This document shows, one piece after another, positions 16,836-27,482 of a DNA stretch of 37,552 bases. Position 1 is the first letter of the stretch, and every line of letters begins with the position of its first letter. This DNA comes from Bacteroidota bacterium. Lineage in GTDB: Bacteria; Bacteroidota; Rhodothermia; Rhodothermales; UBA10348. The stretch lies in contig JACZYK010000001.1 in NCBI GenBank assembly GCA_022571135.1, positions 1 to 37,552 on the forward strand, given 5' to 3'. The notes under the pieces were generated by a model. The model saw only the letters and a list, made by a program, of their open reading frames with translations, was not told where the DNA came from and did no database searches. The translations under genes and the position numbers were made by a program.

Positions 16836-17459
16836 TTACAAACCGATCAGACTTAAAAAATTTCCCAGTGATCTCGGTTCGATCATGATCGTCAGCAGCA
16901 AACCACCCAGCGCTCCCCCCAGGTGCGCCTCGTGTGCGATCCACCCACTACCCCTGCTCGCCTGTTTTTTCATGGCGTATATCGACAGGGCAACGAACCC
17001 GATTGCGAACAGCCATGCAGGAATCGGAAGGAGTCCAAACAATACGATTTGCCTGAACGGATTGAAGAGGCAGAACGCAAATAAAATTCCCGAGATAGCG
17101 CCCGATGCGCCCACAGCCGAGTAGGACTCATCGTTGCGGTGGGCGTAATAAACCGCTCCGTGGGCCGTCAACAGCGAGCCGAAGTAAACCAATATGAATG
17201 CGGCCGAACCCATTCTCAGTTCCAGATACGGTCCGAAGTAAAAAAGCGTGATCAAATTGAAGGCCAGGTGCCCAAGGCCGGCATGAACGAAACCCGCCGT
17301 AATGAACCGATAGTACTCCCTGTCTTTCCTGATCCTCTTGGGTCGAAAAGCCATACGACCCATCAGGGATTCGTCCATGAACATCGAGTAGAGTCCAGTC
17401 AGAATGTTGATGAGAATTATGAACAGGGAGACTGGAGCTTCTGAGAACACGTTGAGCAT
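16836..17459 (-). CDS. Rhomboid family intramembrane serine protease
   Basis: YYRFIT..FVHA...HLAFN, catalytic GASG and AHEAHLGGA. Confidence 0.93.
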   Translation of the reverse strand: MLNVFSEAPVSLFIILINILTGLYSMFMDESLMGRMAFRPKRIRKDREYYRFITAGFVHAGLGHLAFNLITLFYFGPYLELRMGSAAFILVYFGSLLTAHGAVYYAHRNDESYSAVGASGAISGILFAFCLFNPFRQIVLFGLLPIPAWLFAIGFVALSIYAMKKQASRGSGWIAHEAHLGGALGGLLLTIMIEPRSLGNFLSLIGL

Positions 17460-17615
17460 ATCGTATGGCCGTGGATTCCACTATTTTAGATTCGTGAAAC
17501 CGGGAGGATGCTTCCCGAACGGCCTCGTGTACGAGTCCGTCTGCCCTAAGTTCAATTCGACGGGCCACGTGCCTGAACGGCCTTGATAAAACCGCCGGTG
17601 GCATCGCGAAATGAG

Positions 17616-18383
17616 CTACAGAGACAACGTTTGAGGTGCACGGTGTAGTTCCTGCCGCCGGTGCAACTCTCTCACACGCCTGTTGAATCGAGCCATTCGC
17701 ATTCGAAGGGATGTCTCCGTGGCACCGACGATCTCGGAGATCTCCCGGTAAGTCATCGATCCACTGAACACGCGATACCTGAACAGCAGTTGTATGATCG
17801 GGTCGGCCTGTTCGAGCGCAACACTCGCAGTGTGAACCCGTCGCCGGTCTTCGTCTGAAAAGCGTTCGAAGCCGAACTCGGGAGTATGTATGACGGCTTC
17901 GGAGGCATGATATTCGATTTGCTCCGGAGCCAGAATAGACTCCCGCTTCAAGGAGCGTCGTTTCCTTTTCAAGAAGCGCTGCAGGTTGTTCTTCAGCATA
18001 CGGCGCGTGTAATGTTCGACGGATCGAACGCGGCGCCATGACTTTTCGAATTCAATGAGGGCCTCGGTCGCTAGATCCTGTGCGTCGTGGTAGGACAGAA
18101 GGGGCTCGACTGCTGTCTTTTCCAGGTAATATCGCCGCCCGCATTCGTGTACCCAGACAAACATTCTCTGTCTGTCAGACTCGTCACCTGCCAGCGAGCG
18201 GTGCAACCAGGCATCCGGACCCGCTGGCTCCTCTTTTTCATCCGGAGCATGACGGCCGTCCCGGAGCACGGTCTCCCGAGCAAAGTGTCCAGCCGAAGCG
18301 CATAACGTCGATGAGTCTGCGGGATGATGAAACGTAGCGAAAGGGCGCTTCCGGCCCGATGTTGATCGTGGAGTTCCGGTCAT
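17616..18383 (-). CDS. ECF-type RNA polymerase sigma factor-like protein (true start probably downstream of 18383)
   Basis: Region 2-like DAQDLATEALIEF...RRMLKN and region 4 HTH MTYREISEIVGATETSLRMRMARF. Confidence 0.7.
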   Translation of the reverse strand: MTGTPRSTSGRKRPFATFHHPADSSTLCASAGHFARETVLRDGRHAPDEKEEPAGPDAWLHRSLAGDESDRQRMFVWVHECGRRYYLEKTAVEPLLSYHDAQDLATEALIEFEKSWRRVRSVEHYTRRMLKNNLQRFLKRKRRSLKRESILAPEQIEYHASEAVIHTPEFGFERFSDEDRRRVHTASVALEQADPIIQLLFRYRVFSGSMTYREISEIVGATETSLRMRMARFNRRVRELHRRQELHRAPQTLSL

Positions 18384-18525
18384 GTGGTCGAGAGGTCGCG
18401 TATGGTTTTCTCATCGACCCGCCTCGACGACGTTCATAACCGGCGGTAGAAAAATTCTGTCCGCCGTTGCTCATGAAATGATATCCGGTTATTATCAATT
18501 ATCGATCACGGGTAAGGTGTCGCTC

Positions 18526-18975
18526 TTGAAAATTCTATTTGCCACGGATCTGAAGGAGCCAAGAAATATTACCGATCGAATCCAGGATCTGGCCGACCGG
18601 CTTGAGGCCGAATTGTTCATCCTGCACGTTCACGTTCCTACCCCGTCCTCGTCGTTGGACATGGATCCGAGGAGCGGTTTTGCAGAGATGGCCTATGCGA
18701 TTTATGATCCGGCGGTCGAGAAGAAGATCGTTGAAACAGAACGGAACGAATTTCACCGGTTCGTCGAGGAGCGGTTCGTCCGCCCGGCAATTCTACAGGG
18801 CGATCCGGCCCGTATAATTCTGGATAACGCTTCAGAGCTGGGCGTCGACCTGATCGTGCTGGCAAAACACAGACACAGCGCCATCGAGAGAATGTTACTG
18901 GGAAGCGTAACCAACGTCGTAGCCCGCGAGTCACATCAACCCGTACTGTTGATACCCGTGGCCCAGGACGGCTAA
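18526..18975 (+). CDS. Universal stress protein (UspA family)
   Basis: KILFATD, LFILHV, GDPARII, DLIVLA and LLGSVTNVV...PVLLIP. TTG start inferred. Confidence 0.9.
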   Translation: MKILFATDLKEPRNITDRIQDLADRLEAELFILHVHVPTPSSSLDMDPRSGFAEMAYAIYDPAVEKKIVETERNEFHRFVEERFVRPAILQGDPARIILDNASELGVDLIVLAKHRHSAIERMLLGSVTNVVARESHQPVLLIPVAQDG

Positions 18976-21023
18976 CCAGAAGCCGTGTCGACAACGCTCG
19001 ACGGGTTTTGCCGCTCAAGCCTGTTAAAAGAAGCCGTCCCGGCGTCCAGGAACGCCGCAAATTCGTCAGCGTCCATCATTCCGCTGCGCCTCGCCAGGAC
19101 TGCTTGATCGAAAGGATGAACGATTGCGTAAGTGGGAAGAGCCACCGTGCCGGTGAGCCGGAGTTGGTATCTGTTGAACTCATCACCCCTTTCGAGACCG
19201 TCTGTGTAGAGTCGCAGCAATACGAAATCAGTCTCGAAGCGATCGGCAACCGGTTTCCTGGGAAACACATTGGACTCCATTTCTCTACAGTTCGTACAGG
19301 TGTACCCGGTGAAGTCGATCAGAACCGGCAGGCCGACTTCGGAGGCCTCCGTAAAGGCACCCTCAATGTCGTCAACGTGCCAGGCCTCCTCGTCTGCTAG
19401 CGATACCAGGCCACCCGAGAACTGCATGAGAGACAGGATGCTGACGTCCGTGCCCTGCCTCGGAGGCAGATAGGCATCCAACCGGTTCAGGGGTGCACCG
19501 AGCAGACCGGGCACCATGTAAAGAGCGGAAACGAAGAAAACGATCGACGCCAGAACCCTGCCGGCGCCAACCGATTCGACGGGATCCTCGTGCGGGAGAC
19601 GAAGCTTGCCCAGTAGATAGAATCCGGTGAGGAAGAAAACGACGACGATGAATGCGATGCCGAGCGGTCGCGAAATCAGTCCCCAGCCCCAGATGAGGTC
19701 GGCGTTCGACAGGAATTTGATAGCTGCCGCCAGTTCGACGAATCCCAGAACCACTTTCACGGAATTCATCCAGGATCCAGATCTTGGGAGGGCGTTGAGT
19801 GCGTTCGGGAACAGAGCGAACAGCACGAACGGCAGGGCGAAAGTCGCGCTGTAGACAATCATACCGACAAGCGGGTACAGCCACGTTCCTCCGGCAGCCG
19901 CAGCCAGCAGGCCACCGACGAACGGAGCGGTACAGGAAAAGGAGACCAGCGTAAGCGTAAGCCCCATGAACAGGACGCCGACCCATCCGGACGTCTCTTC
20001 TCCTTTCCGATTGAAAAAGTTGACCAGTCCCGTGGGAAGCCGAAGCTCATACATCCCCAGCAGAGAGAGAGCGAAGCCTACCAGAACGATGGTAATGAAC
20101 AGATTCACCCACGGATTCGCCGCAATACGTTGGGCGCCTGCGGCTCCGAGAAGAACTGCTGCGATGACACCGAGCGCCGTGAACATGACGATGATCGAAC
20201 CCCCGAAAACGGATGCCATGCGTACGGCCTCCGCGCGGTTATTCGAGTGTTTCGTGAAGTAGGAAACGGTCAACGGTACCATCGGAAACACGCACGGTGT
20301 CAAGAGGGAAGCCAGGCCGGCACCAATCGCGAGCAGCAGGAATGACCAGAATCCGCTTTCCCTGAAGGCTTCAAAATCGGTGCTAGCCGAAATCAGACTC
20401 GGACTCGAGGTATCCTGCTTCTGATCGCCGACGAGTCCGGTGAGCATGGCAGTCGTGGCGAAACAGCCTTCGCCAATGCAAGAAGAGTCTATCATCAGAT
20501 CGACGGTGAGCGGCACCGTCGTCGGCCTCAGACACATCCCCCGCTCATCACTGCAGATCTGGAATCGTACGTTCGCTTCCAGCGAGAACGAACCGTCACC
20601 AACCTGCTCTAGGGATTCGATCCCCGAGACGAACCTGGCCTCCTCGTGGAAGAATTTCAGGGTCATATCGAAGTTGACGTCATAATCCGTCTCCGGAGTG
20701 CGCTGCCGCACTGCGCCGAAAGGCCCGAAACCTTCCGGGAGGGACGTCCACTCGATGGTGACGCCGTACGGGCGCACGAGCACCGAATCGAGGGGGGGAA
20801 GCGACGACTCCAGAGCGTAGATTTTCCAATCCCCGGTCAAGCTCGCGTCGAAGACGGCGTAGGCCTGCCCGCCAAGCCCGATCCGACCCGGAAAAACGGA
20901 AGTCTCCCACGTGATCAGATCCTCAATATCGAATAGCTGATCGAACTGAGCGTGGATCGGATTCGCCGGCAGAAAGCCTGCGAGCGCGAGGATAAGAATC
21001 GAGACGAAAGAGGGTTGCCGCAT
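18972..21023 (-). CDS. dsbD: Thiol:disulfide interchange protein DsbD family
   Basis: N-terminal Ig-like domain with QICSDERGMC, TM domain with LTPCVFPMVP and SFSCTAP, thioredoxin domain with FTGYTCTNC. Confidence 0.92.
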   Translation of the reverse strand: MRQPSFVSILILALAGFLPANPIHAQFDQLFDIEDLITWETSVFPGRIGLGGQAYAVFDASLTGDWKIYALESSLPPLDSVLVRPYGVTIEWTSLPEGFGPFGAVRQRTPETDYDVNFDMTLKFFHEEARFVSGIESLEQVGDGSFSLEANVRFQICSDERGMCLRPTTVPLTVDLMIDSSCIGEGCFATTAMLTGLVGDQKQDTSSPSLISASTDFEAFRESGFWSFLLLAIGAGLASLLTPCVFPMVPLTVSYFTKHSNNRAEAVRMASVFGGSIIVMFTALGVIAAVLLGAAGAQRIAANPWVNLFITIVLVGFALSLLGMYELRLPTGLVNFFNRKGEETSGWVGVLFMGLTLTLVSFSCTAPFVGGLLAAAAGGTWLYPLVGMIVYSATFALPFVLFALFPNALNALPRSGSWMNSVKVVLGFVELAAAIKFLSNADLIWGWGLISRPLGIAFIVVVFFLTGFYLLGKLRLPHEDPVESVGAGRVLASIVFFVSALYMVPGLLGAPLNRLDAYLPPRQGTDVSILSLMQFSGGLVSLADEEAWHVDDIEGAFTEASEVGLPVLIDFTGYTCTNCREMESNVFPRKPVADRFETDFVLLRLYTDGLERGDEFNRYQLRLTGTVALPTYAIVHPFDQAVLARRSGMMDADEFAAFLDAGTASFNRLERQNPSSVVDTASG

Positions 21024-21075
21024 CGTGGCTGACTGGTTGGACTTCGCGATTGGAGGTTCGACGTCACCGGATGGT

Positions 21076-21168
21076 TAAGGCCTGTTAACGCTACCTGAAA
21101 CCGTCCTGCCGATGGCTATTTTTTTGTTCGGCAAGACAGAAGACACGCAGTGCAGTCACTGAGAGTCT
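21076..21168 (+). repeat. Partial copy (right end, inverted) of the MITE-like element
   Basis: TAAGGCCTGTTAACGCTACCTGAAACCGTCCTGCCGATGGCTATTTTTTTGTTCGGCAAGACAGAAGACACGCAGTG aligns with the reverse complement of about 9457-9533. Confidence 0.8.
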
Positions 21169-21269
21169 CGGGTAGCCTGGAAGTTACAATGCCGGCACTC
21201 ATCCGCCTCTCAAGCTTTTTACACGCGGTCGAATAGTGTAAACGCACATGATCGAAAAATCTTCCCCGT

Positions 21270-21305
21270 AAAAAAAAGGTATACACCCGGATCGGACATA
21301 TACCT
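21270..21305 (-). terminator. Intrinsic terminator of the rpsF-rpsR-rplI operon
   Basis: Minus strand AGGTATATGTCCG-ATC-CGGGTGTATACC followed by a T8 tract. Confidence 0.8.
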
Positions 21306-21387
21306 CGTCAAACATACGCCCCACCTCATGATGAGGCTCAGACCATTCATCAGGACACTGGATTTCCCGCCCAATCAGGAGATGGGT

Positions 21388-21849
21388 TCAAGCGTCCGCG
21401 ATTGCCTCTTCCGGCTCGACCCGGACTTTCACCTGGCAACTCACTTCCGCATGGACCTTTACCGTCGCTGAATAGACACCCAGCAGACGGATATCGTCGT
21501 CCAGATGAATCGCCCTTCGATCGATCTGAATGCCGTGTCCGGCAAGAGCTTCGGAAATGTCCTGGGACGTTACAGATCCGAAAATCCTATTCTCCTCTCC
21601 GACCTTTGCCGTTATGACGACCTCAACCGACTCGATCTCTTTCGCCAGTACTTCGGCGTCCTCTTTCCGCTTGGCATGCTTGCGACCGGCTTGCCTGCGC
21701 TCTTCCTCCCAGGCCTTGACTGCGCTTGGGGTGGCCAGACGCGCCATTCCTTTGGGAATGAGGAAATTCTGACCGTAGCCGTTCTTTACGTTGACGATCT
21801 GGCCTGCCTCGCCCAGGTTATCAACTTCTTTCAGCAAAATGATTTTCAT
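21388..21849 (-). CDS. rplI: 50S ribosomal protein L9
   Basis: MKIILLKEVDNLGEAGQIVNVKNGYGQNFLIP and IFGSVT. Confidence 0.97.
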   Translation of the reverse strand: MKIILLKEVDNLGEAGQIVNVKNGYGQNFLIPKGMARLATPSAVKAWEEERRQAGRKHAKRKEDAEVLAKEIESVEVVITAKVGEENRIFGSVTSQDISEALAGHGIQIDRRAIHLDDDIRLLGVYSATVKVHAEVSCQVKVRVEPEEAIADA

Positions 21850-21906
21850 TTTCGTTCTTCCGGTTTGTGGACTTCCGACGGAAGAGCCACACATCGAATA
21901 TTCTGA

Positions 21907-21925
21907 CTAGGGCCTGTTAACACTA
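21907..21925 (+). repeat. Isolated terminal repeat of the MITE-like element, overlapping the rpsR stop codon
   Basis: CTAGGGCCTGTTAACACTA. Confidence 0.55.
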
Positions 21926-22129
21926 CTTCAGGGCGTCGGCAACAAATGGTAACATTGCGAGGTGCCGGGCACGCTTGACCGCACAAGTCAGCTGGCGCTG
22001 AAAATGCGCCGGCACGTTCGTGATTCGTTTGGGCAGAATTTTTCCCTGTTCGTTCAGATATCTCTTCAGCAGTTCGATATCCTTGTAATCGACGTATTCT
22101 ACCTTGGAGAGGTTCGTCTGTTTGGACAT
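21923..22129 (-). CDS. rpsR: 30S ribosomal protein S18
   Basis: [25 protein letters not shown] and [13 protein letters not shown]. Confidence 0.97.
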   Translation of the reverse strand: MSKQTNLSKVEYVDYKDIELLKRYLNEQGKILPKRITNVPAHFQRQLTCAVKRARHLAMLPFVADALK

Positions 22130-22173
22130 GATCTTTTTCCTGCGGCTCTGTGTCTTTCAGATGGTGAGTGGGC

Positions 22174-22563
22174 TCAGGATTCCTTCGGTTCAGACTTTTC
22201 CGCCTCTGCTTCAACCTCGAGAGCCGCACGGACACTTTTCTGTTTCTCGTAGTGTCGCATCATCTTTGCGTCCATTCGAAGCGTCAGGTACCGAAGAATG
22301 TTGTCGTCGATTTCCAAAGACCGCTCCAATCGAGGGATGTTGGCTCCAGACAAACGGAAATACATATTGACGTAATATCCGTTGCGTTTCTTCTGAATCG
22401 GATATGCAAGACGGCGGCTGCCCCACTCATCTACCTCGAAGATTTCACCGCCGGCCTCGGTGACATAAGAACTGACGCGCTTGACGAGATCCTTGATCTG
22501 ATCCTCACTGATCACCGAGTTGACGATATAGGTCATCTCGTATGTATTCTGACTCGCTGTCAT
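22174..22563 (-). CDS. rpsF: 30S ribosomal protein S6
   Basis: YEMTYIV, WGSRRLAYPIQKKRNGYY and ILRYL. Confidence 0.97.
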   Translation of the reverse strand: MTASQNTYEMTYIVNSVISEDQIKDLVKRVSSYVTEAGGEIFEVDEWGSRRLAYPIQKKRNGYYVNMYFRLSGANIPRLERSLEIDDNILRYLTLRMDAKMMRHYEKQKSVRAALEVEAEAEKSEPKES

Positions 22564-22773
22564 TGAATCCCCTTGGATTAATTGGACATGCTGCGCCCCC
22601 CGTCTGCGCGAGGAACAGGGACTTTATAGCTAGCTTGGAAAAGTACTTCGTTCTAATGTCTATTTCCGAGTTCGTGCAGATATTCGCGGGAAACACACGG
22701 ACATTCGTCGCCCGATCAGCGTGTTAACGGAGGATGAGACCTGCTCGACGTAACAGAATCTTTTCAGGCCCTG

Positions 22774-23850
22774 TTACAATTTGGCCAGTCGCTCGGCATT
22801 TTCGGCCGTGCGAAGCGCTTTTATGATATCGTCCAGATTCCCGTCGATGACTTTTTCGAGCGAGTAATTTTTGTGCTCTCCCTCGAGACGATGGTCGGTA
22901 ACGCGGCCCTGCGGCCAGTTATACGTTCGGATCTTGGCTGATCGGTCTCCCGTGCTGACCATGGACCTGCGAGCTTCACTCCGCTCAGATTCCCGTTTCT
23001 TGCGTTCCAGGTCATACAGCCTCGATCGGAGCACGCGCAGGGCTTTATCCCGGTTCTTATGCTGGCTCTTCTCGTCCTGGCAGGTCACGACCAATCCGGT
23101 CGGGATATGCGTTATCCGAACGGCTGAATCCGTAGTGTTCACGCTCTGGCCTCCAGGTCCACTCGATCTGTACACATCGAATTTCAAATCGTTAGGACCG
23201 ATATCCAGATCGATTTCCTCCGCCTCCGGAAGTATTGCCACTGAAGCCGCGGACGTGTGGATCCGCCCACTAGACTCGGTAGTAGGAACCCGTTGAACCC
23301 GGTGCACGCCGCTCTCGAACTTCATCGTACCGAAAGCGTCGGCGCCGTGGAGACTGAATACGATTTCCTTGAACCCTCCCTGCGTTCCGGCCGAGTTGCT
23401 GATCAATTCCACTTTCCACCCCTTTCTCTCTGCAAAGCGGGTGTAGAGACGAAAGAGATCGCCGGCAAACAGAGAGGCTTCGTCCCCACCCGTTCCGGCA
23501 CGGATTTCTACGATAGCATCCTTCGTGTCTTCCGGATCCTTCGGAATCAACTGGAGGCGCAGGTCGTCCTCGACCATGTGAAGTTCAGACTCGATCGCTT
23601 CCAGTTCCAGGCGCGCCATCTCGGTCAGTTCCAAATCGGACTCGGATTCGACCAATTCCTTCAGATCGGCGCGCTCGTTGGTCAGTCTCTCGTAATTCTC
23701 GATGGCTTCGACGACAGTTTTGAGAGAGACGTGCTCGCGACCCAACTGGGCCATTTTTCTCGGATCCGTAGCATTTTCGGGAATGGCCATCTCTTGAGTG
23801 ACATCCCTGAAGCGCTCCTTTATTCCTTGAAGTAGATCCGTATTGATCAT
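22774..23850 (-). CDS. prfA: Peptide chain release factor 1
   Basis: EIRAGTGGDEA, RF1-type PxT motif (RVPTTE), GGQ and IRTYN. ATG at 23850. Confidence 0.96.
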   Translation of the reverse strand: MINTDLLQGIKERFRDVTQEMAIPENATDPRKMAQLGREHVSLKTVVEAIENYERLTNERADLKELVESESDLELTEMARLELEAIESELHMVEDDLRLQLIPKDPEDTKDAIVEIRAGTGGDEASLFAGDLFRLYTRFAERKGWKVELISNSAGTQGGFKEIVFSLHGADAFGTMKFESGVHRVQRVPTTESSGRIHTSAASVAILPEAEEIDLDIGPNDLKFDVYRSSGPGGQSVNTTDSAVRITHIPTGLVVTCQDEKSQHKNRDKALRVLRSRLYDLERKKRESERSEARRSMVSTGDRSAKIRTYNWPQGRVTDHRLEGEHKNYSLEKVIDGNLDDIIKALRTAENAERLAKL

Positions 23851-24068
23851 CGTTACTCTTGCCGCTTTGCAATCCCGGAATTGATGCGTGTACGCCAGCT
23901 CAACCGGTTGGTTCAGACGAAAATCATCCCACAATGAGTCTCATCCTAGCCTGATTCCCATTCGTAATCGCCTATTCTGGCCGTTTGGGGCCGTGACGAA
24001 CCCGATCCATGAATGGCACGCTTTCTGTGTAAGCATGCGTCATTCATAGATGATCTATTTTCTGAAAT

Positions 24069-24449
24069 ATGCTCGCCTCCCCGTATCACCGAATTACTTC
24101 GTCGAACGCGGTCCGCGGTATCGCACTCTGGTTAGCCGTATGCGGATTCGTTTTTTATATGATCGATGCAATTGCCACGCGCTCCGTAGCATTCGAAGTT
24201 GAGTCCTTCCGAAGCGATAACATGACGGACGAGCAGGTCTTGTCACAGGCTCTCCAGGCCGCCTTCGCAACAGAGCGCAACGCATGGTGGATTCGCAACA
24301 AACGTCCATATCTCGTGTTCGATACGAGGCGCAATTACGACATCAGCCAGAGAACGTATGCCGCCCTCGACCTCGTACTTACGCACGACGCATTCTCAAA
24401 TCCGATCGCTGTCATCGGTCCCAGTGTCGCCGGTATTCGGGTGCCCTGA
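24069..24449 (+). CDS. Hypothetical membrane-anchored protein
   Basis: 126-aa ORF with one N-terminal hydrophobic segment, filling the gap between prfA and glmS. Confidence 0.5.
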   Translation: MLASPYHRITSSNAVRGIALWLAVCGFVFYMIDAIATRSVAFEVESFRSDNMTDEQVLSQALQAAFATERNAWWIRNKRPYLVFDTRRNYDISQRTYAALDLVLTHDAFSNPIAVIGPSVAGIRVP

Positions 24450-24478
24450 TACTACGCGGTTCGCCTGACCATTAAAAG

Positions 24479-26311
24479 CTACTCGACCGTCACGCTCTTC
24501 GCCAGGTTTCTCGGCTGATCGACGTCACATCCCCGCATTACGGCGATATGATAGGAGAGCAGCTGAAGCGGGATTACGGTCAGCAGCGGGGATAGAAACT
24601 CTTCGGTGGCCGGAACACGGATGACATGTTCGCACAGGTTGTCCAACTGCCCGTTCCCTTCATCCGTGATGGCAATAACGTGCCCCTTGCGGGCCACCAC
24701 CTCCTCGATATTGGATACGATTTTGTCATACGTGCTATCCTTTATCGCCACGAAAACGACAGGCATGAACTGATCGATCAGAGCAATCGGGCCGTGCTTC
24801 ATCTCGGCGGCCGGGTACCCTTCTGCGTGTATATAGGATATCTCCTTCAGTTTGAGCGCACCCTCCAGAGCGACCGGGAAGTTGTAGCCGCGTCCGAGGT
24901 ATAGGAAATTGGAAGTGTAGCGGTACAGCTGGGCGATATCGCGGATAAGGTCGTCGCTCTCGAGAACGGCGCGAATTTTCTCGGGTATCCTTCCCAACTC
25001 CTGCAGATACGCGGTAAACGTGTCGTCAGAGAGCGTTCTGTCACGGCCCAGTTCGAGCGCCAGCATCGCCAGGACGATGACCTGACCGGTGAAAGTCTTC
25101 GTGGAGGCGACGCCGATCTCCGGTCCGGCATGCAGATAAACACCGGCGTCCGTCTCGCGAGCGATCGTCGATCCGACGGTATTGCAGATCCCGAAAACGG
25201 GAATCTCCTGTCGTTTGGCCTCCCGAACAGCTGCGAGTGTATCGGCCGTCTCACCGCTCTGCGAAATCACGAAAACGATATCTCCATCCCGCATTATCGG
25301 TTGTCTGTACCTGAACTCGCTAGCGTACTCTACCTCAACCGGGATCCGGGCGAGTCCTTCGATCAGATACTCCCCCACAAGCGCCGCATGCCAGGACGTG
25401 CCGCAGGCGCAAATGATAACGCGCCGTGCATTCCTGATTGTCTCGAAATCGTCGAGCAGTCCGCCGAGTCTGATACAATTTTTGTCGAGACACACGCGCC
25501 CGCGCATCGCGTTTTCGATAGCGGTCGGTTGCTCGAAAATCTCCTTTAGCATGAAATGCGGATATCCACCCTTCTCGATATGCTCGAGATCCCACTCCAG
25601 ATGGTGCACCTCTTTGTTGAGGACGATATTATCGATCGTACGGACTTCGTATCCGTCCCGGCGGATCACCACCATCTCCCCGTCATTCAGGTAGACCACA
25701 TCGCGCGTATACTCGATAATCGGGGCGGCATCCGAGCCCAGGAAGTACTCTCCAGCGCCGACTCCCAGAATCAGCGGACTTCCCTTGCGCGCCGCAATCA
25801 ACAGATCGGGGTCTTCGCCGGACACCAGGGCGATGCCGTACGTGCCGACGACATGTCGAAGCGCCTGCTGGAGTGCTTCTTCGAGAGGCAGCCCCGTCGT
25901 TTCGCGAACGTCTTCCACGAGGCGAACCAGAACCTCGGTATCCGTCTCGCTTTCGAACGTGTATCCCCGTTGGATAAGCCGGTCGCGTAGCGCGGTGTAG
26001 TTTTCGATAATACCGTTGTGTACGAGCGCAAACTCGCCGGACGAACTCACATGCGGATGGGCATTGACATCGTTTGGAATGCCATGCGTCGCCCACCGTG
26101 TATGCCCGATTCCGAGGCGTCCGAGAAGGTTGGGGATGTCAAGTTCTTTCGAAAGATCGTCGACCTTACCCTTCTTCTTGTAAATCTTAAGGTGGCCATC
26201 GACGATCGCAACACCGGCAGAATCGTATCCCCGATACTCGAGGCGTTTCAGCCCGCGCAAGAGGACATCTATGGCACGCCTTTCACCGATATATCCGACT
26301 ATTCCGCACAT
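24479..26311 (-). CDS. glmS: Glutamine--fructose-6-phosphate aminotransferase (isomerizing)
   Basis: MCGIVGY, GHTRWATHG, HNGIIEN, SQSGETADT and PRNLAKSVTVE. Confidence 0.98.
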   Translation of the reverse strand: MCGIVGYIGERRAIDVLLRGLKRLEYRGYDSAGVAIVDGHLKIYKKKGKVDDLSKELDIPNLLGRLGIGHTRWATHGIPNDVNAHPHVSSSGEFALVHNGIIENYTALRDRLIQRGYTFESETDTEVLVRLVEDVRETTGLPLEEALQQALRHVVGTYGIALVSGEDPDLLIAARKGSPLILGVGAGEYFLGSDAAPIIEYTRDVVYLNDGEMVVIRRDGYEVRTIDNIVLNKEVHHLEWDLEHIEKGGYPHFMLKEIFEQPTAIENAMRGRVCLDKNCIRLGGLLDDFETIRNARRVIICACGTSWHAALVGEYLIEGLARIPVEVEYASEFRYRQPIMRDGDIVFVISQSGETADTLAAVREAKRQEIPVFGICNTVGSTIARETDAGVYLHAGPEIGVASTKTFTGQVIVLAMLALELGRDRTLSDDTFTAYLQELGRIPEKIRAVLESDDLIRDIAQLYRYTSNFLYLGRGYNFPVALEGALKLKEISYIHAEGYPAAEMKHGPIALIDQFMPVVFVAIKDSTYDKIVSNIEEVVARKGHVIAITDEGNGQLDNLCEHVIRVPATEEFLSPLLTVIPLQLLSYHIAVMRGCDVDQPRNLAKSVTVE

Positions 26312-26418
26312 AAACAGTTATTAATACGACCGTTGTGACGCCATGTTGGAGCAGGGCGGGACAGCTCAATATTCGGGCCAGGAACACCCGGGCCACACAA
26401 TAAACGAAAAAAAATCGA

Positions 26419-27450
26419 TCAGGCGACCAGTATCGAATTCACGGACCTATCGACAGCCCGCGCAATCAGCCGTATTTGCCTCATCAGCTCAGAATACTGG
26501 TCAAAATAAAGAGACTGTGGGCCATCGCTCTTCGCACTCTCCGGATCGGGATGAGTCTCGATTAGCAACCCGTCCGCTCCGGCAGCAATGGCCGCTCGGG
26601 CCATCGGAACGACCTTGTTTCGGATGCCAATACCGTGGCTCGGATCCACGATCACGGGCAGATGACTCTTCGCCTTGACGACGGGAATGGCTGACAGATC
26701 AAGTGTATTTCTCGTAGAGGGTTCGAATGTCCGAATCCCGCGTTCGCATAGAACAACGTCTAGATTCCCCTCCGCCATCACGTACTCGGCGCTCATCAGC
26801 CATTCTTCAATCGTCGCCATCAGACCCCGCTTTAACAGAACCGGTTTGTCGATTTTGCCCAGTTCTTTCAGCAGTGGAAAGTTCTGCATGTTACGTGCGC
26901 CGATTTGGATAATATCTGCGTATTCGTACACCACTTCTATCTGAGAGATATCCATGGCCTCCGTGATCACGCGCAGGCCGTGCCTATCTGCGGCTCCGCG
27001 CATCATTTTCAGACCGGGCAGGCCGAGTCCCTGAAACGAGTAAGGCGACGAACGGGGTTTGAAGGCGCCTCCTCTGAGAAAGGTCGCCCCATTTTTCGCC
27101 ACATGGGCCGCCGTCTTATCGATCTGCTCTTCGTCTTCAATCGCGCAGGGTCCGGCCATTACGACAATCTCCTCGCCACCGATATCCACGCCTTTGACCG
27201 TTACGATCGTGTTATCCTTTTTCCAGGCCCGACTCGCAAATTTGTAAGGCTCCGTGACCCGGTGCACTTCCGCAACGCCGTCCAACAGCCGGATATGCCG
27301 TTGGTCAAACTCGGGCCGAACACCGATCGCTCCCAGCACCGTCTGTCTGCTCCCACTGGAGCGGTGAACGTCGAAACCGTGATTGTTAAGCTGCTCGATT
27401 ACAGCTTCAATCTGATTTTCCGAAGCCCCGACTTCCATGACGACAACCAT
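26419..27450 (-). CDS. aroF: DAHP synthase, type I-beta with N-terminal regulatory domain
   Basis: [45 protein letters not shown] and SDGPQSL. Confidence 0.93.
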   Translation of the reverse strand: MVVVMEVGASENQIEAVIEQLNNHGFDVHRSSGSRQTVLGAIGVRPEFDQRHIRLLDGVAEVHRVTEPYKFASRAWKKDNTIVTVKGVDIGGEEIVVMAGPCAIEDEEQIDKTAAHVAKNGATFLRGGAFKPRSSPYSFQGLGLPGLKMMRGAADRHGLRVITEAMDISQIEVVYEYADIIQIGARNMQNFPLLKELGKIDKPVLLKRGLMATIEEWLMSAEYVMAEGNLDVVLCERGIRTFEPSTRNTLDLSAIPVVKAKSHLPVIVDPSHGIGIRNKVVPMARAAIAAGADGLLIETHPDPESAKSDGPQSLYFDQYSELMRQIRLIARAVDRSVNSILVA

Positions 27451-27482
27451 TGCAATACCTGCCTTTTCTGGACCGGTTCGTT

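Noticed and set aside
22766..22776. Extra MITE end (AGGCCCTGTTA) at the prfA stop
   Set aside because: The match is only about 11 nt and breaks before the conserved AACRCTA, so it could be chance
26312..26418. glmS ribozyme upstream of glmS
   Set aside because: The intergenic gap is only about 107 nt and lacks the AGCGCC...GACGAGG core
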